This document shows positions 36,616-45,108 of a DNA stretch of 51,252 nucleotides, piece by piece (positions within the stretch are counted from its first letter, which is position 1; each line of letters starts with the position of its first letter). The stretch comes from a virus. Lineage: Duplodnaviria; Caudoviricetes. The position numbers were made by a program, and so were the translations under genes. The stretch lies in IMG/VR virus record IMGVR_UViG_3300045996_000928, positions 1 to 51,252 of that record. One strand, written 5' to 3'. Under the pieces are notes generated by a model, which saw only the letters and a program-made list of their open reading frames with translations, did no database searches and was not told where the DNA came from.

Positions 36616-36879
36616 CTAGTCTCCAAAGAATTTTGCTTCAGTGCCGAGCTTAAATTTTTTACAATATTCAATATCCCGGAACTTGTCAAACATTGCATTG
36701 TGGTCGGTTTCTTTATCTTCCTGCCATGTTAGAGTTGCTGATATAAAACCGTTAATTTTTTCACACCAAAACTTATATAAAAGTTTAAAAGTGTCGTCGT
36801 CGGGTTCATACCACCTATGGGCTAAGAATTGAGTATCTTCTAACTCATGTATTATTGCAAAATCTTCGGTCTCTTTCAT
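36616..36879 (-). CDS. Hypothetical protein
   Basis: 87-aa ORF. Confidence 0.6.
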   Translation of the reverse strand: MKETEDFAIIHELEDTQFLAHRWYEPDDDTFKLLYKFWCEKINGFISATLTWQEDKETDHNAMFDKFRDIEYCKKFKLGTEAKFFGD

Positions 36880-36937
36880 AATCTCTTTTTTATCAATTTA
36901 TAATTTACATTAAAGGGGTATTAGATAACCTGGTTGG

Positions 36938-37630
36938 TTAGGCGGCTTTAATGTTTTTATAATTAGCCTCAAAAACTCCTTTTGCAAATCCTTCCGGTGT
37001 TACTGATCGTATCTCTTTTGTTCTTTCAGATTTACCGCCCAATAGCGCCCATCCAGGGTAATCATTGCTTACCGGCGATACTGGTATAGCTTCAGGAAAA
37101 ATAAAGCCATTACCGGCCCATATCCACGTTTCTTTTTTATAAGCATCCCGGCCCGGGTAAATTTCAGGGAATAAACAATGCTGATGGTTTTCCGGTAAGT
37201 AGCCGCCAAAGTCGCAGGGGTTAAATTTATAGTCCGGTTTCCGGTCAAAGCTTGTTATCATACTTTTTGGGTTCTCGCAGAAATAGGGAATGTTAAAAAA
37301 GTCTGCTAAGAATACACCGTGCCAATAAAACCCCATCGCCTGCGCCCATATCAAAGCATCGTTTAATACTTTCTTTTCAAAGTGCCTAGTGCCGCATAAG
37401 TCGAGGTCTGTGCAAGGAGAAAAACATCCTATCATTACACACTCGTTATTCCTGCATAACTCACCCAATAGCTTACGGTTTTGTCTTATGTCGCCTCCGT
37501 GAAAAACCATATTACCCTCTGCATGGTCAGTACTTGCTATATCAAATAAATGACATTCTATCCCGGCATCGGCCCACTGCTGCGCTATTATCTTGCTTTT
37601 GCTATAAAGGAATATGGCTATCTGTCTCAT
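36938..37630 (-). CDS. Phage C5-cytosine methyltransferase-like protein
   Basis: SPCTDL catalytic motif, ENP, YKKETWIW, RSVTPEGFA. Confidence 0.75.
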   Translation of the reverse strand: MRQIAIFLYSKSKIIAQQWADAGIECHLFDIASTDHAEGNMVFHGGDIRQNRKLLGELCRNNECVMIGCFSPCTDLDLCGTRHFEKKVLNDALIWAQAMGFYWHGVFLADFFNIPYFCENPKSMITSFDRKPDYKFNPCDFGGYLPENHQHCLFPEIYPGRDAYKKETWIWAGNGFIFPEAIPVSPVSNDYPGWALLGGKSERTKEIRSVTPEGFAKGVFEANYKNIKAA

Positions 37631-37652
37631 CTCTTTTGTCTTTTATTAATTG

Positions 37653-37734
37653 TGCGCCCTAAAGGATTCGAACCTTTAGCAACGGATTACGTTCTTTTAG
37701 CAACGTTGTGTCCTTTTGTAAATCCTACAGGCGC
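37653..37734 (-). ncRNA. Degenerate tRNA-like element
   Basis: Acceptor GCGCCT/GGGCGC plus A, T-arm AAAGG-TTCGAAT-CCTTT; no canonical D-arm or 7-nt anticodon loop. Confidence 0.55.
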
Positions 37735-37742
37735 TTTGTTTA

Positions 37743-38162
37743 TCAAAAAATTACTATCATACTATCGTGCATACCACCATTTTTAGGGGTGAAAAAGTTT
37801 CCTTGATCATCTTTTTTCTGAAACTTAATTCGACGTTTTACAAAGCGGATCTCTTTAGCGTTCGGCTTAATATAATCGTGAAATAGGGTTGTACTTGTTG
37901 AAACCGGCAATAGCATTACACAAGTTTTGCCCTGGTGCGATTCCTCAATAGCCCGTTTGACAAATTCCTCTTTTAGTTTTCTACTGTAAGGTGGGTTGAT
38001 GAAGTTAGAATTGCCCCATTGAGCGGTTAGTCCGTTAAAGACATTAGTATCGCATTGAAACGGGCAGGGATCAAAATCAAAGTTAAACTCCGCTTTAAGC
38101 TCATTATAAACTTCGGCAGGTGTCGCCCAATTATCATCTACTGCTAAATTTCTATTTTTCAT
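37743..38162 (-). CDS. Phage N6-adenine methyltransferase (Dam-like)
   Basis: W.TP, FDFDPC, FINPPY, LLP.ST, R.KF motifs. Confidence 0.88.
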   Translation of the reverse strand: MKNRNLAVDDNWATPAEVYNELKAEFNFDFDPCPFQCDTNVFNGLTAQWGNSNFINPPYSRKLKEEFVKRAIEESHQGKTCVMLLPVSTSTTLFHDYIKPNAKEIRFVKRRIKFQKKDDQGNFFTPKNGGMHDSMIVIF

Positions 38163-38170
38163 GTTGTCTT

Positions 38171-38863
38171 TTATATTATTGATAACTGTATAGGGTTATA
38201 TGATTCAGGAGTGAATAGCTTTTGTTGTTTGATGTGGGTTTGAAAGCGTTTCTCCTGTGCTTCGTAATAATCTTTGTCTAATTCGGTCGCATAAAAGTCA
38301 AAACCTAAATCGTAGGCGGCTATTCTACTACTTCCGCTGCCGAGATGCGTATCGAGGATTTTATCTCCGGGTTTAGCGTAGTTCTGTAACAGCCATGTAT
38401 ATAAGGCAATTGGCTTTTGAGTGTCGTGTATTTTGACCTCCCGGACTTTCATGTTACCTTGAATAAACCCGCTCCATGTATATTTAAACTTCCTTAACGG
38501 ACTTGTAAAGCTGCTCCACGCAAGTTCACCATCCGCAAAATCAGAACCTCCATTGTTTTTATCCCAAAATATGTAACAAGGCGTTGGATTAAGTTTGTCA
38601 GTAAAATAGTTACCACCCCATATAATTTGATTTTTCGATACTCTTATGAGTTCGGTAAAATATTCTGCAGATGGACTTTCTTTGTCCCAATCGCCACGCT
38701 TAATTTTCTTTTCCTTACGATATTTGCCACCGCCCCTTCCAAGACTTTGCCTTCCCGCATTAATGCCGTAGGGAGGGTCTACTAAAGCAAGTTCAAAGTA
38801 CTTATCGGGCACTTTCCCCATGTACTCCATGCAATCAATATTAAATACTTCACTTATTGGCAT
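38171..38863 (-). CDS. N4/N6 DNA methyltransferase (beta class)
   Basis: DPPY precedes H.TQKP and DTHLGSGS. Confidence 0.9.
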   Translation of the reverse strand: MPISEVFNIDCMEYMGKVPDKYFELALVDPPYGINAGRQSLGRGGGKYRKEKKIKRGDWDKESPSAEYFTELIRVSKNQIIWGGNYFTDKLNPTPCYIFWDKNNGGSDFADGELAWSSFTSPLRKFKYTWSGFIQGNMKVREVKIHDTQKPIALYTWLLQNYAKPGDKILDTHLGSGSSRIAAYDLGFDFYATELDKDYYEAQEKRFQTHIKQQKLFTPESYNPIQLSII

Positions 38864-38952
38864 AATCCTTATGTATTAATAATCTTTATTTAGTAGTTAA
38901 ACCCTTGTTGGTTGGGGTGGTTGATAAACTTTGAAACCTAAATTTTGGGCAC

Positions 38953-38986
38953 AAAAAAAACTCGATACTGGGCTTAGCATCGAGTT
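38953..38986 (-). terminator. Intrinsic terminator
   Basis: CTCGAT/ATCGAG stem with T8 on the minus strand. Confidence 0.7.
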
Positions 38987-39010
38987 CAATTATTAAAGGG
39001 ACTTATTGGG

Positions 39011-39325
39011 TTACTGATTTGCCAGTTTGGCTCTCTGTGTCCAATGAAGTTTTTTAGGTGGTTCAACTACCGGGGCTTCGCCGTTTTCAACACTATTAAC
39101 TATTGCGCTGTATATGGCTAATTCCCGGTTTAAAAACGTTAGTTCCTCTCTTTCGGGGGCAACCTTTCGCTCCATTTGACCTTTTAATTCGGCAACCTTT
39201 TTATCCAATTGTTCCTGCAAGCTTGCAGTCTTTGTTTTAATGGTTGCCGAAACCTCTTCTTTCCTTTTTTTAATCGATGCTATTTTTTGGGTAATAAAAG
39301 CTTCGTACTTGTCGTTTGTACTCAT
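39011..39325 (-). CDS. Coiled-coil hypothetical protein
   Basis: K/E-rich heptads. Confidence 0.65.
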   Translation of the reverse strand: MSTNDKYEAFITQKIASIKKRKEEVSATIKTKTASLQEQLDKKVAELKGQMERKVAPEREELTFLNRELAIYSAIVNSVENGEAPVVEPPKKLHWTQRAKLANQ

Positions 39326-39474
39326 TTTTTTAAGTTTTAAAATTTTTCTTCCAAATTGTATTGTTAATTCTTATTTGTATAGCGTTTTGCTTACGCTGGT
39401 GGTGTTGTTTTCATTTTAATGAGGGTTTGTATGGTTTAATATTTAAGTGTCTTATATCGCTTTATTTAGGCTTA

Positions 39475-39630
39475 TTAATTAACGCTTGTAATATATACTG
39501 TTCCATATTTCGGCTCAATATAAATGCCTTGTATATCATCTTTTGCCATTCCAGTATCGTAGCTAATTTTAGCGGTTGCGCCCTTATCTTCAATTTGGTT
39601 CAATTCATCTATCAATTCCTGTACGGTCAT
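39475..39630 (-). CDS. 51-aa hypothetical protein
   Basis: MTVQELIDEL start is typical of small phage proteins. Confidence 0.6.
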   Translation of the reverse strand: MTVQELIDELNQIEDKGATAKISYDTGMAKDDIQGIYIEPKYGTVYITSVN

Positions 39631-39670
39631 GTCTTTGTATGGTTAAAGTGTTTTAGTTGATTGTAGGGGC

Positions 39671-40000
39671 TTATTTAAAGGTTTTTTTATCAATTAAGGT
39701 TTTAGCCGTTCGAGTTCCACCCTTAATTTCAATGGTTAAATAGTGGTTATCCATTTCCACCAACAACAGGTCACCACCCCAAATTTTTATATTCTTACCA
39801 ACCGCCTCTGAAATTGCGCTATTGGTTTTAAATTCAGCCTCGAAATATTGGCCTTCGAACTTAATATTTTTTACGCTATCGGCATCAATATCGCAGATAA
39901 TATCATATCCATCAAACTTACCAAATATTGATTGTTGCCTATTAGTTTCCTCATAGATGTGGCTATCGTTAGTATCGATAACTGTGGCTTTTGTTGACAT
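39671..40000 (-). CDS. Hypothetical protein
   Basis: 109-aa ORF. Confidence 0.6.
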   Translation of the reverse strand: MSTKATVIDTNDSHIYEETNRQQSIFGKFDGYDIICDIDADSVKNIKFEGQYFEAEFKTNSAISEAVGKNIKIWGGDLLLVEMDNHYLTIEIKGGTRTAKTLIDKKTFK

Positions 40001-40197
40001 GAAATTTACTACTTTAATTATTGGTGATGTAAAGTTATTTATTTAGTTGGTTTTAGCAACTTTTTATCTGTTAATTTTTGTGATTTATTTCGGGCTTCAA
40101 CTTCAATTTTATAACGCAATTCCTCAGTAGAATAATTAGGTTTTTTGTTTTCAAAGTTGAAGTGATGAAAAAAGTTTGTGCTTTCAAATCTCACAGC

Positions 40198-40398
40198 CTA
40201 TATTTTACTTATATCATACCCTTTAGCTTCGCTAGGTTCGTAGCTATCAGAAACGTAACTCTTATGCTCTAATGACCATGCTTTTAGCTTATCCCAAAGC
40301 GTTGCATTATCAGGGTCGGCATAAACCATTAATGCAAGTTGCGCACCCTGTCCGATTTTTTCCTCCAGTTCCTCAAATTCAAATTGTTGATGTCTCAT
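40198..40398 (-). CDS. Hypothetical protein
   Basis: Coupled to the upstream gene. Confidence 0.55.
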   Translation of the reverse strand: MRHQQFEFEELEEKIGQGAQLALMVYADPDNATLWDKLKAWSLEHKSYVSDSYEPSEAKGYDISKI

Positions 40399-41054
40399 AC
40401 TTTTGCCTCCTTTAAATCGTTTGCCAGGTTTAAGCTTTTGGTTGTTATACCCATATACTCATCAGCTTTTTGTTGTTGTGGTTCGGTTAATTGAGGGCGC
40501 AATTTTTCAATATACTTTTTAAGAGCATAAGGATAGATAGCCATTTTAACACGCCTCGCAATTGTGGAATCCCAAGTGCCGTGACAATTACAGTTAGAGC
40601 CCTTAGGCATACATCCTAAAAACAAAATATTATCCTGATCGGTTGCAATTTCGGGAAAACCACCCTCCTTTGTCTTGGGTAAAATATGCGCTGATACGCT
40701 TCGCTTTTGATTATTGTTAATAGCGAATAAATCGGCCCGGCAATTCATGCACTTATAATGATGCTTATCATCCCAAAGTGATTTAAAGAAATCATCTAAT
40801 TCAATTTGAAATTGCTGCTCTTCGGGTTCAAGTTTCTTATGCCTATTAGGTATTGGTTTTGCGGGTTTTTGAACCGGCACCAAATCTGATTTAAGCACCA
40901 CCCAAAAGTTACACTCATCATGTAGGCTTTTATCATCACATATACATACAGAGCCGTTTTCCTGATCCCGGAATACCCAAACGGATTTGCCAAATAGTAA
41001 ATGCTCCGTACCTCGCCTTAGCTTAGTTGATACCTTGTTAATTCTGCTATTCAT
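40395..41054 (-). CDS. HNH-like nuclease domain protein
   Basis: CMNC...AHILPK...N....C.....CH...D. Confidence 0.65.
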   Translation of the reverse strand: MNSRINKVSTKLRRGTEHLLFGKSVWVFRDQENGSVCICDDKSLHDECNFWVVLKSDLVPVQKPAKPIPNRHKKLEPEEQQFQIELDDFFKSLWDDKHHYKCMNCRADLFAINNNQKRSVSAHILPKTKEGGFPEIATDQDNILFLGCMPKGSNCNCHGTWDSTIARRVKMAIYPYALKKYIEKLRPQLTEPQQQKADEYMGITTKSLNLANDLKEAKV

Positions 41055-41114
41055 TTTATATTAGGTTAATGGTAATTAGGGTTTGGTATTTTGTATTGTT
41101 TTTTTTGTTCTGAT

Positions 41115-41888
41115 TTATATTCCACAAAAAATACCGCATTCAAAGTTTAAGTCTTTCATTTTGCCACCTTTTGCCAATGGGTCAAGTTCATCTAAGAATA
41201 TACGTTTACCTTTAACCCTTACAAGCCTAACACCTTTGCCAATCTCACGGCTTTGTTTTGCCCGTTGTTCAAATACTTCGGGGTGTGCTTTTCTTACATG
41301 ATTCCAATACGTTGGAGAATTTGATTTAACACACCCTATGCAGTTGGCATTCGGATAGCCCATTTTATATATTCTCGGCAACTCAATTCCTGCATTTACC
41401 AACTCTAAAAAACATTCAGCTTTGGTTGTCTCGGAGAGTATATGAATACTGGCGGGGCGTTCCTTTAATTGGAACTTATCAAATCTATTTTTTTCCTCTT
41501 TAGTAAATCCCATTATAGTCCAATCGGGGCGATTTTTAATTTCCCACTCATGCCGGGCTTTCTTTTTCAATTCGAGCGTACAGGGCGCACCCTTAACCCC
41601 TGACATGTATTGTCTATCATCCCAAACCTCAACACATGAGCAATCTTTATATTTACTATTCACCGCTACTAATATTTTTTGACCAAGCCAAGTTTCAACA
41701 TCCCTTAAAAACCGTTGGTTATCTTCGTCTTCATCCTTAATCGGATTGTTTACAATAACAACTTCGTTTGTAGAGCCGTAAATTTCAATCGCTTTCTTAG
41801 CCGCTACAGCACTGGCAGCACCACATGAAAACCAGACTACTATTTTTTCGTTCGGTTTAGGCTTTAATCTATCGGCAATCTGGCTCAT
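41115..41888 (-). CDS. PAPS-reductase-like (PP-loop) protein with Cys cluster
   Basis: WFSCGAAS, CT.ELKK, NANCIGCVK, C-terminal ECGIFC. Confidence 0.75.
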   Translation of the reverse strand: MSQIADRLKPKPNEKIVVWFSCGAASAVAAKKAIEIYGSTNEVVIVNNPIKDEDEDNQRFLRDVETWLGQKILVAVNSKYKDCSCVEVWDDRQYMSGVKGAPCTLELKKKARHEWEIKNRPDWTIMGFTKEEKNRFDKFQLKERPASIHILSETTKAECFLELVNAGIELPRIYKMGYPNANCIGCVKSNSPTYWNHVRKAHPEVFEQRAKQSREIGKGVRLVRVKGKRIFLDELDPLAKGGKMKDLNFECGIFCGI

Positions 41889-41986
41889 AATATTTTGTTA
41901 AATTTTATACAATTAAGTTACTAAAAATCAATGGAATATCCATCAACTTAACACTAATTATTCCTGAAAAATTGAAGTATTTTTAA

Positions 41987-42349
41987 CTACGCTACCAGTA
42001 GTTTCTTATAGGTGTTTAACCTTTGCTCTGAACGCTCAACTGCAAAAGCTAAAAGAAACTTTAAGGCTTGCTTTTTACCCATGTATTTAGTAGCTACAAT
42101 AAAGAATACTTTGCCGTTAAAATACACTTTGCCAGTATTCAAATACTCGGCTTTTTTAAGTGTTATTAACCCACTTGGTAGGTTGATTTGCAAGGTGTCT
42201 GAATGATGATTGCAAGCGTCAACAAGGTACTGTCCGAGGTTAATATGTAACTTAACTTTACCCTCGGCCTCAAAAAACGAATACAGCATTATTCGTGACC
42301 TTGCCATACATAAAAATACAGCTAATTTTTCAGGAATTTTAAAGAACAA
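41987..42349 (-). CDS. Hypothetical protein
   Basis: 120-aa ORF; start uncertain. Confidence 0.5.
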   Translation of the reverse strand: MFFKIPEKLAVFLCMARSRIMLYSFFEAEGKVKLHINLGQYLVDACNHHSDTLQINLPSGLITLKKAEYLNTGKVYFNGKVFFIVATKYMGKKQALKFLLAFAVERSEQRLNTYKKLLVA

Positions 42350-42375
42350 TTTTGCTTATAAAAGCAGGTATTTTA

Positions 42376-42807
42376 TCAGGCTGCTTTAGCCCTTTTAATC
42401 AGTTTTGTAATACTTTCTGCAAACTCCGCACTCATAGCCCTCATGCTTGCAACACGGGTTTTATCACCTGCAAAATTTAAGTAATGGTCACGCAATACAG
42501 TTAACTCCGCTTCATATAAAACAGCTTTTGGTTGCTCACTAATTGCCACCTCATCTTTCAATAGTTGGCGTTTTTTAATTTGAGTTTTTAGGTCTGCTAA
42601 ATCAGCATCAATTTCATTTGACTGACAGGCTAAATCCTTACGCTTTGTAACTAACTCATTAAAGGTTTCGTGACCTTGTTGAACATACTTCAACATTTCT
42701 TTAATGTTACTAATGTCAGCCTGTAATTGCTGCTTCTTAATACCCAGCTTAGAACGCTTTGATTGCAATTCTAAAATTGAATACTGAATGTCTTGTTGTG
42801 TTGCCAT
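42376..42807 (-). CDS. Coiled-coil hypothetical protein
   Basis: Heptad pattern. Confidence 0.65.
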   Translation of the reverse strand: MATQQDIQYSILELQSKRSKLGIKKQQLQADISNIKEMLKYVQQGHETFNELVTKRKDLACQSNEIDADLADLKTQIKKRQLLKDEVAISEQPKAVLYEAELTVLRDHYLNFAGDKTRVASMRAMSAEFAESITKLIKRAKAA

Positions 42808-42858
42808 GCTATTTAAAATTTAATTATTTTTATGTTTTACCCTTACATCAATGGGTTA

Positions 42859-43653
42859 TTATTCAAATAAATCTGCTATCTCAATATCCATTTCTTTCAA
42901 TTCGACAAAGAAGTGATTTAAGGCTAATTTTTTAGCGTTGACCTTTACCCTTGTATTCTCATCACCACCGTTTATTATCTCGGCAATTATGGATTTACAC
43001 TCATTCATTTTAACCACATTACCTACATACTGTACCGGGTTATATTGCTTCATTAAATCAGCTTTAGCAAGTCGATAAAAGTCTGCTTTCTGCTCATCAC
43101 TAAAGTTTATTTTACCGTTATCAACTAAGGTTTTATAAACAGCGTTACCGAAGTCATTATAACTTCCTTGCTCTTTAAAACAGGCCCATGCTTTAAGTAG
43201 GTTATTCCATGCCATTTGAGCCTTTTGCTCATCTGTTGGTTCCGGTGTGGCTTCATTTTGTTTAGCCAACTCTGCAACCTGGTCTTTACGTAATTGTGAA
43301 ATTGAATAAGCAGTAAGCCAGTTAAAAGCATCTTTAGGCGCAAGTCCTTTAACCTCACCATACAAACCTTTTGATCCGTTTTCAATAGCGATACCTATTT
43401 CAGCAATCGTTAAGTTGGTAAAGTGGCGTTTAGCATCATCAATTACCGTTATCTTAATCATATCCCTATCTTCATTCGGGGTTTTTAAGCCTAAGTAGAA
43501 AATAGCTTTGTCAATGGCAACTGATACAGCACCATCAATCTCATAAGCAACTGCGCTTTTAACCAAAGTGCTTTTAAGTGCTGATTTGATTATTTGGTTT
43601 TCAGATACCGGCTCGGGCTCTGAATTTTTAATTATCTGTAGTTTGGCTTCCAT
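42859..43653 (-). CDS. Replication-associated protein (helicase loader/inhibitor position)
   Basis: Overlaps the end of the initiator gene; LT.AEI..A...G..G.YG motif. Confidence 0.5.
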   Translation of the reverse strand: MEAKLQIIKNSEPEPVSENQIIKSALKSTLVKSAVAYEIDGAVSVAIDKAIFYLGLKTPNEDRDMIKITVIDDAKRHFTNLTIAEIGIAIENGSKGLYGEVKGLAPKDAFNWLTAYSISQLRKDQVAELAKQNEATPEPTDEQKAQMAWNNLLKAWACFKEQGSYNDFGNAVYKTLVDNGKINFSDEQKADFYRLAKADLMKQYNPVQYVGNVVKMNECKSIIAEIINGGDENTRVKVNAKKLALNHFFVELKEMDIEIADLFE

Positions 43654-44395
43654 GTCTTTTTTGCATAAAATTTAAGTGGCTGTTGATAGATGATGTTGAT
43701 TTGGCTTGCACTTCGCTCGGTGGTGAAATAGTTGGCTTTGGCTCAAAGAAACCGGCATAGTTATTCCCTATGGCGTCGTTAATTATGCTGAAAGCTATGT
43801 TTGGATCACCTTTGCAAAACCTTTTTAATTTTTCAAAAGCTGTATTTAGGCTATCCGTTGATTTGTAATTTTCCTTACGGTCTTTTTTGTATTTAAGCCA
43901 TCTGTGAAAAACAACTAAAATTTCATGCTCTTGAGCGTTATTAGTTTTAATATCACTATCAACTTCATAATCAATATCAATATCAGTGTTTTGCTTTAGT
44001 TTTGCTTTTGATTTGCTTTCAGTTTGCTTTACGTTTGCTTTAGTTTTGCTTTTATGCCCCCTGCCACCGGTCTTTCCAACTTCGCTCCTAGCCTCTGAAA
44101 TATTAGCCTCACGCATCATACGGCGGCTTTTTATTGAAATCTCAGCATCAGAAATTATTTCAATTTCTAGAATATTATTCTCGGTTAATTCACCTAAAAT
44201 CTCTTTAGTTTCTTGCGAATTTGACTTAAAAAGCACCGATAAACTGCGTAAATTAGTAGTAAAAACACCCTTATTTTCGGCTCTAAAAAGCTTAAATGTC
44301 AATTTCAATAAAGCAAATTCTGCAATTGGTGTTATGCAGTTTGTATCCTGCTCCCAGTCGCCAATATAAAGCGGTATGTAAGGTTGTTTTGCCAT
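43628..44395 (-). CDS. Replication initiator (YdaU/DUF1376-like, lambda O position)
   Basis: PYIPLYIGDW N-terminus, SEARSE.GK.GG, internal iterons, C-terminal W..YK...AIGNNY.G. Confidence 0.78.
   Translation of the reverse strand: MAKQPYIPLYIGDWEQDTNCITPIAEFALLKLTFKLFRAENKGVFTTNLRSLSVLFKSNSQETKEILGELTENNILEIEIISDAEISIKSRRMMREANISEARSEVGKTGGRGHKSKTKANVKQTESKSKAKLKQNTDIDIDYEVDSDIKTNNAQEHEILVVFHRWLKYKKDRKENYKSTDSLNTAFEKLKRFCKGDPNIAFSIINDAIGNNYAGFFEPKPTISPPSEVQAKSTSSINSHLNFMQKRHGSQTTDN
43990..44052. repeat. Iteron array, putative replication origin
   Basis: Six TTTGCTTT copies at exact 11-bp spacing (43990, 44001, 44012, 44023, 44034, 44045). Confidence 0.75.
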
Positions 44396-44424
44396 TGGTT
44401 TAATTAGTTAGTATCGGTGATTTG

Positions 44425-44826
44425 TTATGCTGCTTTATAGTTATTGAAATGCCTATTTAGGGTAAATAGTATCTTCTCATACCCTCTCCTAAATGAAGCA
44501 TCGGTATCGTTTAAAGCATTGAATTTTTTTAATGAATAGATGATAGTAGTATGATCACGACCGCCAAATAATACCCCCATTTTTTTTAATGTCATAGCAG
44601 GTACGTATTGCTTTATCAAATACATGGCCGTTGACCTGGCATCTGAATAATTACGTTTTCTGCTTTGGCTTTTTAATTTGTACTCTGTAATAGCATAGTG
44701 ATGGCATACAGCTGCCATAATATGATTGATATAAAATTTATCGGTTTTAGGCTCATGTATTTGCTGTAATAAAACAACTTTACTAAGCATACTAGGGCTG
44801 TAAATAATTGGTCTACAATACATCAT
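44425..44826 (-). CDS. DnaA C-terminal (domain IV) HTH protein
   Basis: SR.R...AR..AMYL and FGGRDHTTIIYS. Confidence 0.85.
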   Translation of the reverse strand: MMYCRPIIYSPSMLSKVVLLQQIHEPKTDKFYINHIMAAVCHHYAITEYKLKSQSRKRNYSDARSTAMYLIKQYVPAMTLKKMGVLFGGRDHTTIIYSLKKFNALNDTDASFRRGYEKILFTLNRHFNNYKAA

Positions 44827-45074
44827 GCTGCCTTAATTTTATTACTACGATCTAGCCAATACTCTTTATATGATTCACCATCTACACGCTTAGAAACGAT
44901 GTTTAAGCCCTTATCTTTAAGCCTGCACACGACTTTTCTTAACTCTGTAGTGTGGAATTTCCAAAACGCTTTTTGAACAGTAAGCACACCTCCAGTCTCA
45001 AAGAATTGCTTAATATCTTCTTGCGCTTTATCTTGGTTACTTAAAATTGAAAGTTGGTTGCTATCCGTTTTCAT
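44823..45074 (-). CDS. Small winged-HTH protein
   Basis: LT...A...F...EL...V.RLKDKG.NI...YKEYWL. Confidence 0.65.
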   Translation of the reverse strand: MKTDSNQLSILSNQDKAQEDIKQFFETGGVLTVQKAFWKFHTTELRKVVCRLKDKGLNIVSKRVDGESYKEYWLDRSNKIKAA

Positions 45075-45108
45075 GGCTTGGTGTTATTAAGTATTGGTAA
45101 TTGGTTAA

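Noticed and set aside
43990-44052. CRISPR-like array
   Set aside because: 8-bp units with 3-bp spacers inside a replication gene fit iterons; no cas genes, and the PD-(D/E)XK domain lacks the Cas4 Fe-S cysteine pattern
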